Source of the DNA: Trichoplax adhaerens
Lineage: Eukaryota > Animalia > Placozoa
Assembly: GCF_000150275.1 (NCBI RefSeq)
Contig: NW_002060954.1
Span: 62,001-126,000 of the forward strand
Length of the DNA stretch: 64,000 nt
Direction of reading: 5' to 3'
The notes beneath the pieces were generated by a model. It searched no databases. It saw only the letters and a list, made by a program, of their open reading frames with translations, and was not told the origin of the DNA. Of the stretch, positions 1 through 18,094 are shown piece by piece. The position numbers were made by a program, and so were the translations under genes. The first letter of the stretch is position 1. Each line of letters starts with the position of its first letter.

Positions 1-169
1 GATGATATCAGGTATATTTTAGATTTACCGAAATTCCTTGTCGTAGATAGATAAAGTTATTCTCAAGAAAATACTATCAGAAGCTGTTGGCAGTTTTTAA
101 AGTTACAAAGACCACGACACAAGCAAAGAGATGCACCAATTGCATAGTGCAGTCTGAATGTGTAATCTA

Positions 170-810
170 TGTACAGTACAGTACAGTACAGTATTCAGTA
201 TCACCCTTTACTGTACAGTACAGTACTGTAAAATTACAGTAAAAGAAGGAAAGAAAAAGACGGGAGCAGCACGGTGCAGTGTACAGTACATACTGTACAG
301 TAACAGCTGTGCGTACTGTACAGTACAGTGCTGTACTGTACTGTGCACTGTACACACTGTACTGTACAGTCATGGACTACAGTACAGTACTAAAACTGTA
401 CAGTACTGTATTGTATTTTCCGTAAATACTGTACTGTACAGTACAAACAAAATGAGGCCAAAAGGTTCTCATTTGATACTGTCGACCGTGGCCGATTGCT
501 AACCAGACTACAGTATCAGAGATCATTGATGGTACAGTACTGTACTGTAGTGTGCGGTACAGAACTATTACTTACAGTACTGTACAAATAAAATTAGGCC
601 AAAAAGGTTCTCATTTGATACTGTCGACCGTGGCCGATTGCTAACCAGACTATCAGAGATCATTGATGGTACAGTACTGTAGTGTGAGGTACAGAAGTAA
701 CAGAACCATTACTTACAAAGTTAAGTGAAGGTTGATTCAATGGAGTGTATTGTACTGTACACTGTACAGTGTACAATACGGTATCTGTTTATTGTACTGT
801 ACAGTATCTG
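170..810. repeat. CAGTA/TACTG pentamer array upstream of CaMKII
   Basis: Dense runs such as gtacagtacagtacagtacagta and palindromic junctions tactgtacagta. Confidence 0.9.
445..716 (+). repeat. ~140-bp direct tandem duplication (2 copies)
   Basis: aggccaaaa(a)ggttctcatttgatactgtcgaccgtggccgattgctaaccagacta...gagatcattgatggtacagtactgt occurs at ~455 and ~596. Confidence 0.92.
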
Positions 811-867
811 ATCAGTTTGGCAGTGAATAAAAATCTGTTACCACTTCCGTTGTTTGCGGGATCAAAG

Positions 868-6639
<5,772 letters not shown>

Positions 6640-8785
6640 AATCTTTCCCTTACAATGAAATTCAAATTTTAAGCTCTCTTCATTGATCTGGCTGATTCAT
6701 TGCTTTTCTGTATCGGTAATTTTAAGTCATAATCAGGTGATTTGGCTTACCCATACATTTACATGATTGTATTGCTAATACTTCGGAAACGTTCTAAAGT
6801 TAAATCAGCTCAATTGTTCAATATTAATTTATTTCATTGATAAGTTATTCCGAGTTACTACTTTATAATATCGACTTAAATATACTTCGATAGACATAAA
6901 TTCATCACATCAAGTTGTAGTGTTATTTCGTTGTGCTGTTACGGACAATATTGCTCCAGTATTAGTGGAGATGGAATAGTGATTAAGCTAACGCTTGTGA
7001 GACTGACGCCGAAATGATATGTAACAAATTATTAATGTGAAATAAGTCACTTATCATCTCAAAATGCTTACTTGTAAAATGTTGCTAGATCCTATAATTT
7101 GTGAATGTAATACTCGAATGGCAAGAGAATTATATAAGGTTATGCTATGTGGGATCAGAACCTACAGCGCTTAAGGTTGCTAAAACGATGACTATTACAT
7201 AGTTCGTATACGTCGCTCTTGTGTGATGAGTAGTAACAGTGCTGCCTTCCTTTTAATGTAATACGTTAAGTTTTGTCTTTCCTGTTTAACAAAGAACCAT
7301 TGATGTTTAGCTCATTCCTATCACATAAACCATAACTAATTGTAGCAATTGCTTAGCATTTATGCTGTTATTTAAAATTCTTTAGCAACTCCTCGACGTA
7401 AATGTATTGAATTTATTAGCTTTATTATGCTCTTCGACTGGGTTGTTTTACAGTATTATACTAAATGAGTACATCGATAAATACAAATGTGCGGTATGAA
7501 GTAATTTTAAAATGTCTAGCTCTCGTTTTCGTATCGTAATTATTAATATTAACAGGCTGTACCCTACAGTTATTTGCGAACGGTCTAGGGTCATGAATTT
7601 TTACTCTTTTAAATCTACTGTGGACAGTGACAACAATAACTAATTACAGTAACCTGTTTCGTGATTTGTAAAATAGATAGATAACTGATGTCATACAACA
7701 TTTAATATAGTAGTAATATCTCGGATAGTCTTCATTCAATATATATGCTTTGTGTTATGTACACGCATATACAGTAGTAATTTATTGCTACTGTACGAAT
7801 CAGTAAAAGAAAAGTTTGACCCCTAAAACACCTAACTTTCTGACAGAGTATGACAAATCCCTCCTGCAAGATACCCGCAGAGTATTTATTAGAGATAGTT
7901 TATGATACGTAGCCTTTGCCATTGCATGCACCAGTACAGTTCGCTGTAGAACAATAATTGGAACAGTATGAGTATTGATATCCAGTTGAAAGATACATTA
8001 CTTCAACGCCGGCTAGCTAAGTAAGTTACTGAAGAGTTTCAATTGTGATCGAAGTCGCAATCGCCATATTATCAACCGCATTCTATAAAGTGCTAGTAAC
8101 AGCTACGATCTCTCCATAAGCTACTGTACATTTACTCTCGGCAGCTTTAACATTTTCACTCAAAGATGCCTTTAAATCCCCTAAGGTAATTGACGAAGTA
8201 ACACTCATGCACCAATAGTACATTTCAGGCAATCCGGTGGCCTAATCACAGGCACTTCTCCGACTTTTCTTGCACCAAAACCATTTCTGGACCGTTAAAC
8301 AATGTATCTATTTACTGTCATAGGGCAAGTCAGTAAAACATTTTTCAGGTACTGCACGATGTGTAGACGTACTAGACCATATGAAGTTGATAAACGCCCG
8401 AAATTATCGTTTGAATCTTGCAAAATTAACACCTTTACTTATAATTAATCACCATATGCAATCCTGTTTTACGCAACTTAATTTCATAGTTGTGTGTGCG
8501 CTTTACAGCCCTATTGCAATGCTAAAAATATCATTGATATTGATATTGATATTTTGCTGTATCAATATCAATATCACCGCAATTTTCCTCACAGATTAGC
8601 AAATGTCAACATCAATCAAGGAAAGGTCAAGTTCTGAGCGAACCAAAATTATATTAAAATGATACTTTGTAAAGCAGCTGACAACAGCACTGCGCTGTGA
8701 CATCTACGTACAGTACGTAACCATCAACAGGTGTAAACTGTAACGTACAGTACAGTACAGTATAAGTATGCACTGTACTGTACAG

Positions 8786-8896
8786 TACACGGTATAAAGT
8801 TATTGAACCTCTGACAGGTCTATCAAATGGTAATACTATCCGTTAAATGAGCACATTATCGTAAACCGTCAGCAAAGCGACGGGAGTTTGCACTAG
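8786..8896 (+). mobile_element. Helitron-like element 3' end (copy 1)
   Basis: GC-rich hairpin ccgtc-agcaaagc-gacgg, then 9 nt, then CTAG|T (CTAG 8893-8896). A near-identical inverted copy lies at 18747-18857. Confidence 0.7.
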
Positions 8897-9775
8897 TATA
8901 GTAGTATCAGCTAATTAGTAAAGCAAGTATTCAAAATCATATACTGTATAAGGTTATTTTAGTAAGCACCGGATATAAAATTATGGTATTTTGTATAAAT
9001 TTACAGACCATACGCAATACATCGATTTATATATTAGAGAAGGTGTTAATGTTTACAATTAGAATTAAAGTTCGCATTAATTGTGTGTGAATTATTAAGA
9101 ACTGCTAATGGATTCTCACATGAATTGTTATTTTGTTAATTGATATTTACCGAGAATTTATGAAACTTGAAATCTTTGTAATAAGTATAGTTAATCCTTA
9201 CTAAAGATATCTCATGGTATTCTATGAGAAGTAATTGAATTAGACTGAATTCTGATGTACTGTTTTTTATCTAAAACTTGTAAAATCTTTGTAATCAAAC
9301 GTGTTAATTGATGCATGACTATATAAGAGAGCTCTCCTGAAAATAAAATCAAACTTTTCTTAAGCTCTAAATTAATTGCTGTTACGGTCGTTGAGGACCA
9401 GTAATATAAACATATTACATAATCAGGTCTGAAGCGTATAACTTGGTATAAGCTGTTAGCAAGCCTATAAAAAAGCATACTCGTACTTGTATCAATCACA
9501 TACGTATAATAGATGCATATGATCTATTTAAGCAATAGTAATTTGATTGTCAGGTTTTGGTCTTCATATAACCTACTCGTACATCTAGACAACACTAGAT
9601 GCAACTGACGGCGAGAATCTTTGGTGTATACCTGTATTCACTGCTAGTTGCAGTATAAAAGATTTTATGCGTACAGGGAGTTTGATAGCGAGGGGAGCGT
9701 TAACTAGCTGTCTGCCTGCGTCGTTATGTATTCCTATACAGAACTGTACCGTACAGTATACTATAGTTCACTAAA

Positions 9776-10447
9776 GGCCACCCGTTTTCAGGTGCTGGTG
9801 GACATTGTAGTTGACAAGCCACTTTGTTGAAGCCAACAGTAATTTAGTGTACAGTTCGAAATCGAAACTAAAGTGCAGGATGTACGATTGTATATGAGAG
9901 TTTCTAACCTTATAAACAGCTGAAAAGCTGACATTTACATAAATTAGAAAAATTTTAATGATGTAATGTTTTTGATTGAGATCCAAATTGTGTACTTTTT
10001 AAGGCATCATTGACTGATCGTTAAGCGAAAAAATAATCCGGATTTGATATCGACAATGTAGTTTAAATCGACATCGAAGGGGTGGGATTGGCAAAATTTC
10101 CTTGCAAAATGGCATAAAACGACGCTAAAAAATCGAGCCAATCGCGCTCCTTCGAGATGGTTTGAAATTATACCGTAGGTATCAAACATGGATTTTTTTA
10201 CGCTTAACGATTAGTCAATGATTACCTTAAAAGCACACAACTTAGATTTCAATCAAAAACATTACATCATGAAATTTTCCGAATTTCTGTAAATGACAGC
10301 TTTTCACCTGTTGTTAAGGTTAGAAACTAACATACTGTATACGATCATACATCCCGTACGCCAGTTTCGAACTGTACTCTAAATTACTATTACTTTCATG
10401 AAAGTCGCTTGCCTTCTTTCATGTCCACCACCTAAAAACGGATGGCC
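9776..10447. mobile_element. ~670-bp fold-back / MITE-like long inverted repeat
   Basis: Arm 9776-10092 is an imperfect reverse complement of 10137-10447 (ggccacccgttttcagg vs cctaaaaacggatggcc; atgatgtaatgtttttgattga vs tcaatcaaaaacattacatcat); loop ~45 nt. Confidence 0.8.
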
Positions 10448-10534
10448 GGACACCCGTCTGAAAATGAGGAATCGTGTGTAAAAACTTAAAAACTTTGACG
10501 ATGCCAACTAATGGCAACTACTGTTAGATCTGTC

Positions 10535-11290
10535 TACTGTAAAAGCTACTGTACGCTTAGTGAGTGAGTGTACTGTACTGTACTGTAGTGTTATGGACAT
10601 ACTGTACAGTACAGTACAGTACAGTATTGTACTGTTCTGTTCATTACAGTATCCAGAAATGCCGCTGAAACGGCTATACAGTACTGTACTGTACAGTAGA
10701 CTGTACAGCACAGTGTCTTCAAGGCATTTATCCAAACATATCTGCTGGCATATTTGCTTGGACAAGGTATATTTGCTTAATAAAGGTATAGAGCCGTTTC
10801 AGCGGCATATTTTACAGTTACACCTGTCGATAGTACTGTACAGTACGTACATACAGTACAGTACTGTACAATACAGTATGGTTATACAGTACTGTACACC
10901 GTACAGTACGTCAAGGAATACTGTACAGTACTGTACAGTTAGGGTGAAAGTCAGCTAAAATTTCATATACTGTACACTGTACAGTACAGTAATGTTTCGA
11001 CATTTCAACCAAGTCGAGGAGCAAGAGGCTAAAAGCTTACGTGTAGCGTGTAATAACTTTGAAATTTACAGTACAGTGTTGGTTGGTTTTCGGTACTGTT
11101 TTATTGAAATCGTGAAAGGTTTCAGACCTAAACTACTGTATGTACTGTATACAGTAGACTCCATACGATGGAGCACATACAGTACTCCTGGTACAGTACT
11201 ACTTCGGCTAACTTCATGTGCATCATACTGTACAGTGTACTGTACTGTACGCTGTATACGATACACTACAATACTGTACAGTACAGTATG
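10535..11290. repeat. CAGTA/TACTG pentamer array upstream of 4E-BP
   Basis: Repeated cagta/tactg units in both orientations. Confidence 0.9.
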
Positions 11291-11404
11291 ATGTTATTTA
11301 CTCGTGCGATGCACTCACATTCTAACTGTAACTTAGATCTTCCAATTTATATAGCTCCGATCTCTGCTAGCTTCCTACAGTACTTGTTCGTTTCCAGCGA
11401 AGTC

Positions 11405-12197
11405 ATGTCTGACTCTACTAGAAGTAAAACAGTCGACATACCTTTCAAACGCATTTTAGTTACAGATCCTTGCCAATTACCCAATAGTTACTCTACCACG
11501 CCAGGAGGAACTATCTTTTCTACCACTCCTGGTGGTAAGGTTTTACTGATAGTGTAGCTGATATTACTGTACTACGGCATTATTTTATTTTACAGCCACT
11601 GTAATAAATTTACAACTGTATTATTAATATACCTTTGTGTAATCGCAAATCAGTAATTTACGCTAGCCTAGTGTCCTTTCTACTGTGTACCAATTGTTGG
11701 AGATCACTTCAGCTACGATCTAGTGCAATATCTAATACTGTCACTTCAAATTAGATACTTTTGCTACTTTCTGCAGTTATACTTACTTCTCTGGCTGCAA
11801 AATACAGCATAATGTATTCAAATTACCCTTAATTATGTACTCTGCAATCTCTATTTTAATTTAAAAGGGACGCGTATCATTTATGATCGAGCATTCTTAT
11901 TACAAATGAGAAACTCTCCTCATGCTCAAATTCCTCCATCGAACTTACCGAATATCCCTGGCGTAACAAGTCCTCCTATAAAAGAAGATAAATTTCCTAA
12001 GTCGAAAGACCATCCGGAAAAATCTACAAATCCAGTCACTTCGAGGCCGAACGTTGAACAGAAGGAAGACAAAGGTATGCATTTGCTAATTGATTGGAAA
12101 ACATCTTCAAACTGCATGATGATCGTTCAGCTACTGTACCTCATACCGTTTTGTTATAGGTGAAGAAGAACAGTTTGCTATGGAAATGGAAGAATGA
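11405..12197 (+). CDS. EIF4EBP: eIF4E-binding protein (4E-BP), 3 exons (11405-11534, 11868-12074, 12160-12197)
   Basis: [16 protein letters not shown]|[17 protein letters not shown] contains the canonical TP phospho-sites and the YxxxxL-phi eIF4E-binding motif; IPGVTSP; TOS-like C-terminus QFAMEMEE*. Confidence 0.96.
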
Positions 12198-13875
12198 TAA
12201 TACATGTCTTGACTGATTACATGTGAAGGTAACAGTATATAAGTCCGCATAGTGCGGTAGAATAATGATGTAATAGCTACATAGTAAGCACTTTTTCAAG
12301 TTGAAGCAGTCACTGAAAGCCTGAAGTCATACGAACAACTGTGGATTTGCACTTCATTATAAGATTTTATAAATGCTGATTTCATAATATAATTATATTA
12401 TACTATATTATACAGCAAGTAATAGCTCCATGTCTGTAATTTTATTAATATCAGTTTAGCTACATTATAGGCGTAGTTGATGACCAGTTAGTAAAATCTA
12501 CTATTTGGACAATCAAAGCATATGGTGTCTTTCATACATATTATGGTAATGCAAGGGACTATGTATGCCTTTAAAGTTGAATCTAATGATTTAAAGGTTA
12601 TACGCATAAATTCTCTGTAGATATTATCTGTTGATTTTATAACTGTTTTAACGGGAACTTTTGAATTTAAATATTTTCAAGTCAATACGAAATTAAGGTT
12701 TTCTAATCTTGGATGTTTACATTTGTCGTCAGTTGACATCGCATACCTCTTGTCTTATTTCAATAGAATCAATAATTTCGATATACATTGCTTATAATGT
12801 TATTTTCTCTCATATCTTGTACTGATTCGGTGATAAATAAAATTTTAACATTGTAATCCAGTTATGTTAGTAAATACCAATATTCCAGGAATAGGTAAGA
12901 TTAGCTTTCCCGAAATGATTGTCGATTATAGCAGCGATTCTAGAAAAAATTGCGGCCCAATGTAGTATCCCTTGTTTGCTATTGAAGAGCCGACTACTGT
13001 TATTAAAAGATACAGTAACGCCCTCAAAAGTAGAATCATATTTTAATACGCTTTCAACTTTGAAGTACAGTCCGACTGCTTAATTTGGATCAATGCTCAT
13101 CTGCTGCTGATTAAAATATAGTATTACATGCACTCAAGCATCATTTCTAACAGACCCTAGTATAGTGCTTAATAAACTGTAATTTTTTATTTAACTATAA
13201 AACAGAAAGAGCTAAAGCTAGTGTACTCACTAAAGATCCAATGTATAAATAAACAAGACCTGATAGAAACCAATGATATTCTTCAAAACGTTTAGCAATT
13301 GTATCACCATACGTATTGCATAAGTAACTCAAATTTTAAGCTATCTTTCACTTACAATGGAATTAGATGAAATACTACAATAATTTGCAAAATAGACTGT
13401 ATGTCTACATTGGCAGAAACAAGTTTTGAAAAATAGAATTGCACGCAGGTATTATTACATAGTGATGGAACGCAGACCCGTTCTTAAATTCGTAGGACGG
13501 TAGGTAAGCTGAGTTTATTTTAAGAATGTTAATAAGGCAACATAATTAATAAGCATTTATTTACACAGCGTATCGAAGGTTCATTCTAGTAAAGAAATCG
13601 ATAACATATTGAACCTTAAGGCTCTAGCTGCAATTCAGTTCAGGTATTGTGCATACATGTCTTTCCTATCTAAAGGTGCATCTTCTAAATTCTAATCTTA
13701 AATAGTACACCCAAACAGTAAGTAATAGAATAGTGCAGTAACGATCTAACCGTCAATTACCCGTTCGTGTTAATCGTAAACTTAACATCATCAATAGAAT
13801 CAAGTCTCAAAATATAGGCTAAGCTAAACTCTGCAAATTTGCCAACTTAGCACTTAAAGTTTACATTTACTTCCT

Positions 13876-16800
13876 TTAGCCGGTTTCTGGCTTCTTATCA
13901 CTAGCTAGATCTGGAAATGATGGTGATAAATTTCCCCAGATTTTAGGAATACTTTCTCCAAAGTATATTTTCGTGTTTTTCGCAAGTGCTTCATATTTTA
14001 TTAACTCTAAATATTGCGGAGTTAACTTTACCTACAACACGATGTAGGAGTAGAACATTCGAAATTTAAATAAATTACATTATGACTTATGCTGTCTAAA
14101 ATTTTAGTCCACCAGAAATTGTTGAAGTAGGACAACACTAACCTTGTTAGAATCGGCTAATTTCGTTGCCGCGTAATACTCTGCATCGGCTGTTACTTTC
14201 AAGCGCGCTACATTACCTTCATCTAATTAAATTTATAAATTAGAAACTTGGTATCGATGCATGATTGCTCAACATAGATAAAATGTTTATGTTAATTTAA
14301 TACTGAAAAGGCAGAAATTATACCTTCGATTTGTGCCATTTTTTTAAGGCTTTGTTTCTCCATAATCTTTTGATCAAATTGAATTTTAGCGACTTGAGCC
14401 TGCTTTTCTGCCTCTGTCGAAAATTGGTTAACAAATATTGCAGAAGTTTCAATACTGAGTGCTCTAGATCTATATTATTTATAAGTCTATCTAGTCTTTA
14501 GTGCTAATTTATTAACAGGATATAATAATATTAAGACCTATTACTGCTCTTTTTCTTTCGGTTTCTGCCTCTTTCTCGACAACTTTCTGCTTTTGTTGCG
14601 AAATTAACAACTTTGTCTTCTCTCCCTCCCTAAGTTTAAGCGTATTTATAGATTGATCTTGTCATTGAATATTGAGAGATAACCTATACAATAATTACTT
14701 ACATTATCTCATAATTCCTCCGAATAGCCTCGGGAATTTTAGGCTTAGTAACGCGAACAGCCTATTTTTGAGAGTATCCAGCAAGAAATATTTCGTTGTT
14801 AATTTGAAGTATATACTCATATTTGCTAGCGTACTAGCTAAGCTGGTTGATAATTGATGCAATATACCTGGATAGTTAATCCTGGTGCCATTAAATCAAG
14901 GTCGTTTTGTAAGGAGATTTTTAAATTTTCGTCAATCTTGTCTGTTCAATAGTTAATTAGATACAAAGTGTCGAATTAGTGCCCAACTGAAATTAAATTA
15001 CGCACCCGACATCTGCATTAGATCAACTCTACAATTATGTAAAGTAATCTTGTTATAATTCTCTGATTTACGAATCGTATGTGTAATTACCGAAGAGGTC
15101 GATGTAAACTTCTTGCAGGTTGTGAACGCTACAAAACTGAAACGATAGACAACTTTTTAAATAGTTAATTAAATAAATCTAAAGAGTTAGCTCCGTATAG
15201 ATGGCGTTTGTATACCTGATTCAATTCATGATGTATTTTATTAAAAATGAGAGTGTTGTCATAATCCGCAGTATAGTTCTTCACAATATCGTAAACTATT
15301 ATTTGAACAAATGCATATTTAGAATGTCTTACTTTGTGTACAAATACTTACATAATATAGCAAGACATAAGAGCATACATCGATATCAACAACATACCAT
15401 GGTTCGAACTTAAAATGTTCACAACTTCGATTCGATCAAAGTAGATCATAACTCCTCCACTACAATTTTAAATAAAATACTTATATATCAATCTCAATTT
15501 CAAAATCTTTTCACTTTATATATATACGTAAATAAATATTTGATAGTACTGTACTGTATGCAAAAGAAACTTTTATCTATGTTTGGAACCAATGTCAGTA
15601 TCATGCCATATAAATGAGAATAATCAATATTTTCTTATATTACAATACGTAATTTGGTGTATTCGTAAAGCAACGTTACCTTGTACCACATGGAACATTC
15701 TTTACTTCATCCGTTTGCAAAGTAGTCTTTTAATTCGTTTATACAGTATATGGACAGTATACAAGTCAACCATTTTACAAATACAAGATTATATGCGAGT
15801 ATGTGTAATATAAGTGCAATAAAAAGCATTATCACTGAAGAATGACGTTACTGCGTTACTACCTTACAACTGCATAAAACGTGATTTGAACGTTAGCGAT
15901 CATAATTTTGAATGTACAGTAGTCCCTACTTACAGTACGAAGCACATTCAAGTAAATAATAATTATACTGTATAGTTACGGTATACGCGTATATATACAG
16001 TATATATAATCTTATATTTTAATAAACCGATGTTCGCTTTGACAGCTACATAGTGAATACAATATATGATATATATATATATACCGTGACAATATACGAA
16101 TACATATATATAATACATATAATTAACCTACAGTATAGTATACAGTACAATGAGCGTTGCATAATTAATAGTTCAAACCTGAACCAGACGATACGTCGTA
16201 AGGAATGGGATCATGACATGAAAGCCTGGCCCGCTAGTTCGTGTTAGAAGAGCCCCACCCTGTAACATAAAGTGTATAGTACAGTATTACGTGTAATCGA
16301 GCCAAGCCTATCACTATCATACAGTTAAATACGTAGAGATTTTCGATTGATAGATTGATTTAAGTTTCAGCATACATCAAAACCCCACGTGTGTAAGAAA
16401 GCAGTATTATTGCATAGTAAACAGTAATGCACTTACCCTATAGTAAACGCCTACGTGTCCTTCAATTTCCAGTATGCATGAAAAAGATCGAATTATCAAC
16501 GATAACCTTAATAATTCTTAATTTTTAAGATTAAACCGCTAAACTAATGGCTGGGTAACAGCATAATACCTATGGCATAATCTCTATAGCATAATACTGT
16601 GCACAGTAGCTTAAGCTGTACTTTTACCATGTATCAGGTACTACAGCAGTCATTTCATGAACTACAGTATAACATTGCTAAGGTTAAGGCACATAAACTG
16701 TATAGGGCATTATGACTGCACTAGTAGCTGTTAGTGTTATTACATTTGCAAAGATAGCAGAATTTTCTACAAGCGTAACGTCTTTTTAAACTACCTTGCA

Positions 16801-17334
16801 GTAGCGTATGCAAATGTACTGTAGCTACCGGCAACCGAGGATAATATTGTAAGTAAGAGTAATAAGTGCATCTATATATTATAATAAAAGGTATATATAA
16901 TTGTATATTCGTAAAATGTAGACCACTACCCAGAAATTGGCGTAGTAAGGTACGTTCTATTAATATTCTTTCTTTATTATGTTGCACAGTACTTATTTAA
17001 ACAATTAATGCACAAATATTAAATTACTACAGTATTAACCATAGTAAGTGTGCTATGTATCTCGTGCAGGTCAAGTTTAACAATATGCGTACAATAAGTT
17101 CCTTAAGTTATCAAGAATCGCTGATAATTAAAATAAATATATATATGACATATATAACATACCGTACTGTACAGTATAATTAATTAATTTAACAACAACG
17201 TACGGTACAATGTTCAATATGCAGATATACGTTTAAATTAATCATAGCATACCTTCATCGATTTTATGAATGGAAAAGTTGAAAAATATTGCCGCTGTAA
17301 CAGCACATATGATCAAAGTACTTGTGATTGACAT
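13876..17334 (-). CDS. ERLIN: Erlin (SPFH-domain ER membrane protein), 13 exons
   Basis: Spliced minus-strand translation: [133 protein letters not shown]...[41 protein letters not shown]...[16 protein letters not shown]. Largely missed by the ORF track because the exons are small. Confidence 0.96.
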
Positions 17335-18094
17335 CTAAACGAGATAAAATGTAAAATAAAATTTATGATAAAAACATACATGCAAGTATTTCTGTACTGT
17401 GTCTAAATAAAGAATTTCTTAGATTCGTCGATCAGATCAATGAACAAGAAAAGTACCGTACAGTACATTGCACTCAGTGTACAGTACAGTACACCGCACA
17501 GTACTGTACAGTACAGTTTACAGGCACGATAGGGCCAAGCGCTTTTACACATCGACTGCGTTCTTATAAGAAGAGTAAAAGCGGTTGGCCCTCCTCGGCC
17601 ACGATAGAGTACAGTACAGTACTATTCGAGTGAATCATGAAAAAACGTTAACGTGGGAAACATTAGTACAGTACTGTACTATACAGTACTGTACAATATG
17701 ATTACAGTGTACACGTGTACATTGTACAGGAAAATCGGTCGACTTTGGTCAGTGTTTTGCGCATGTACTGCACAAATGACTACAGTACTGTAAAGTGGAC
17801 ACGTTGACTACACTGTGCAGTGTACAGTACTGTACTGTACAGTACAGTACAGTACAGTAGCGTACCGTACAGTACAAGCTTACTGACAGCACAGTACTAT
17901 ACTGTACTGTACTACGTACTGTACATTGTATGGTTACGAGGTACAGTAGTTTTAATAGGAAAATTTTCTTCAAATTTCTGACAGCTAGTCGCACATTATT
18001 TTCAGTTAAACAGCAACAGTGACAGTAAGAACGAATTCATCATTACAGTCAAACGGACTGAAAATACGTATAGTACTGTACAACTAACGGAAAG
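17335..18094. promoter_or_regulatory. Probable bidirectional promoter ERLIN/OSTC filled with CAGTA/TACTG repeats
   Basis: Divergent start codons 760 bp apart; dense pentamer arrays; YY1-like AAGATGGCGG overlapping the OSTC ATG. Confidence 0.7.

Noticed and set aside
242-256. 15-bp purine tract aaagaaggaaagaaa shared with 27231-27245 (both in promoters)
   Set aside because: Low complexity and only two instances; cannot be distinguished from chance.
158-502. ORFs rich in STVQY/CTVLY (also 10508-11291, 17749-17994, 27152-27361, 60408-62425)
   Set aside because: These are translations of the CAGTA/TACTG pentamer, which has no stop codon in any frame; there is no coding evidence.
170-810. CRISPR-like or telomeric interpretation of the regular repeats
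   Set aside because: Eukaryotic spliced context, no fixed repeat-spacer architecture or cas genes, mixed orientation, interstitial position, and not TTAGGG.
13449-13721. Possible spliced small ORF on + (MERRPVLKFVGR|VSKVHSSKEIDNILNLKALAAIQF|STPKQ) between 4E-BP and erlin
   Set aside because: It needs the weaker donor (13500); the stronger GTAAG donor 4 nt downstream gives an immediate stop. No recognisable homology, and splice-like signals are frequent by chance in AT-rich DNA.
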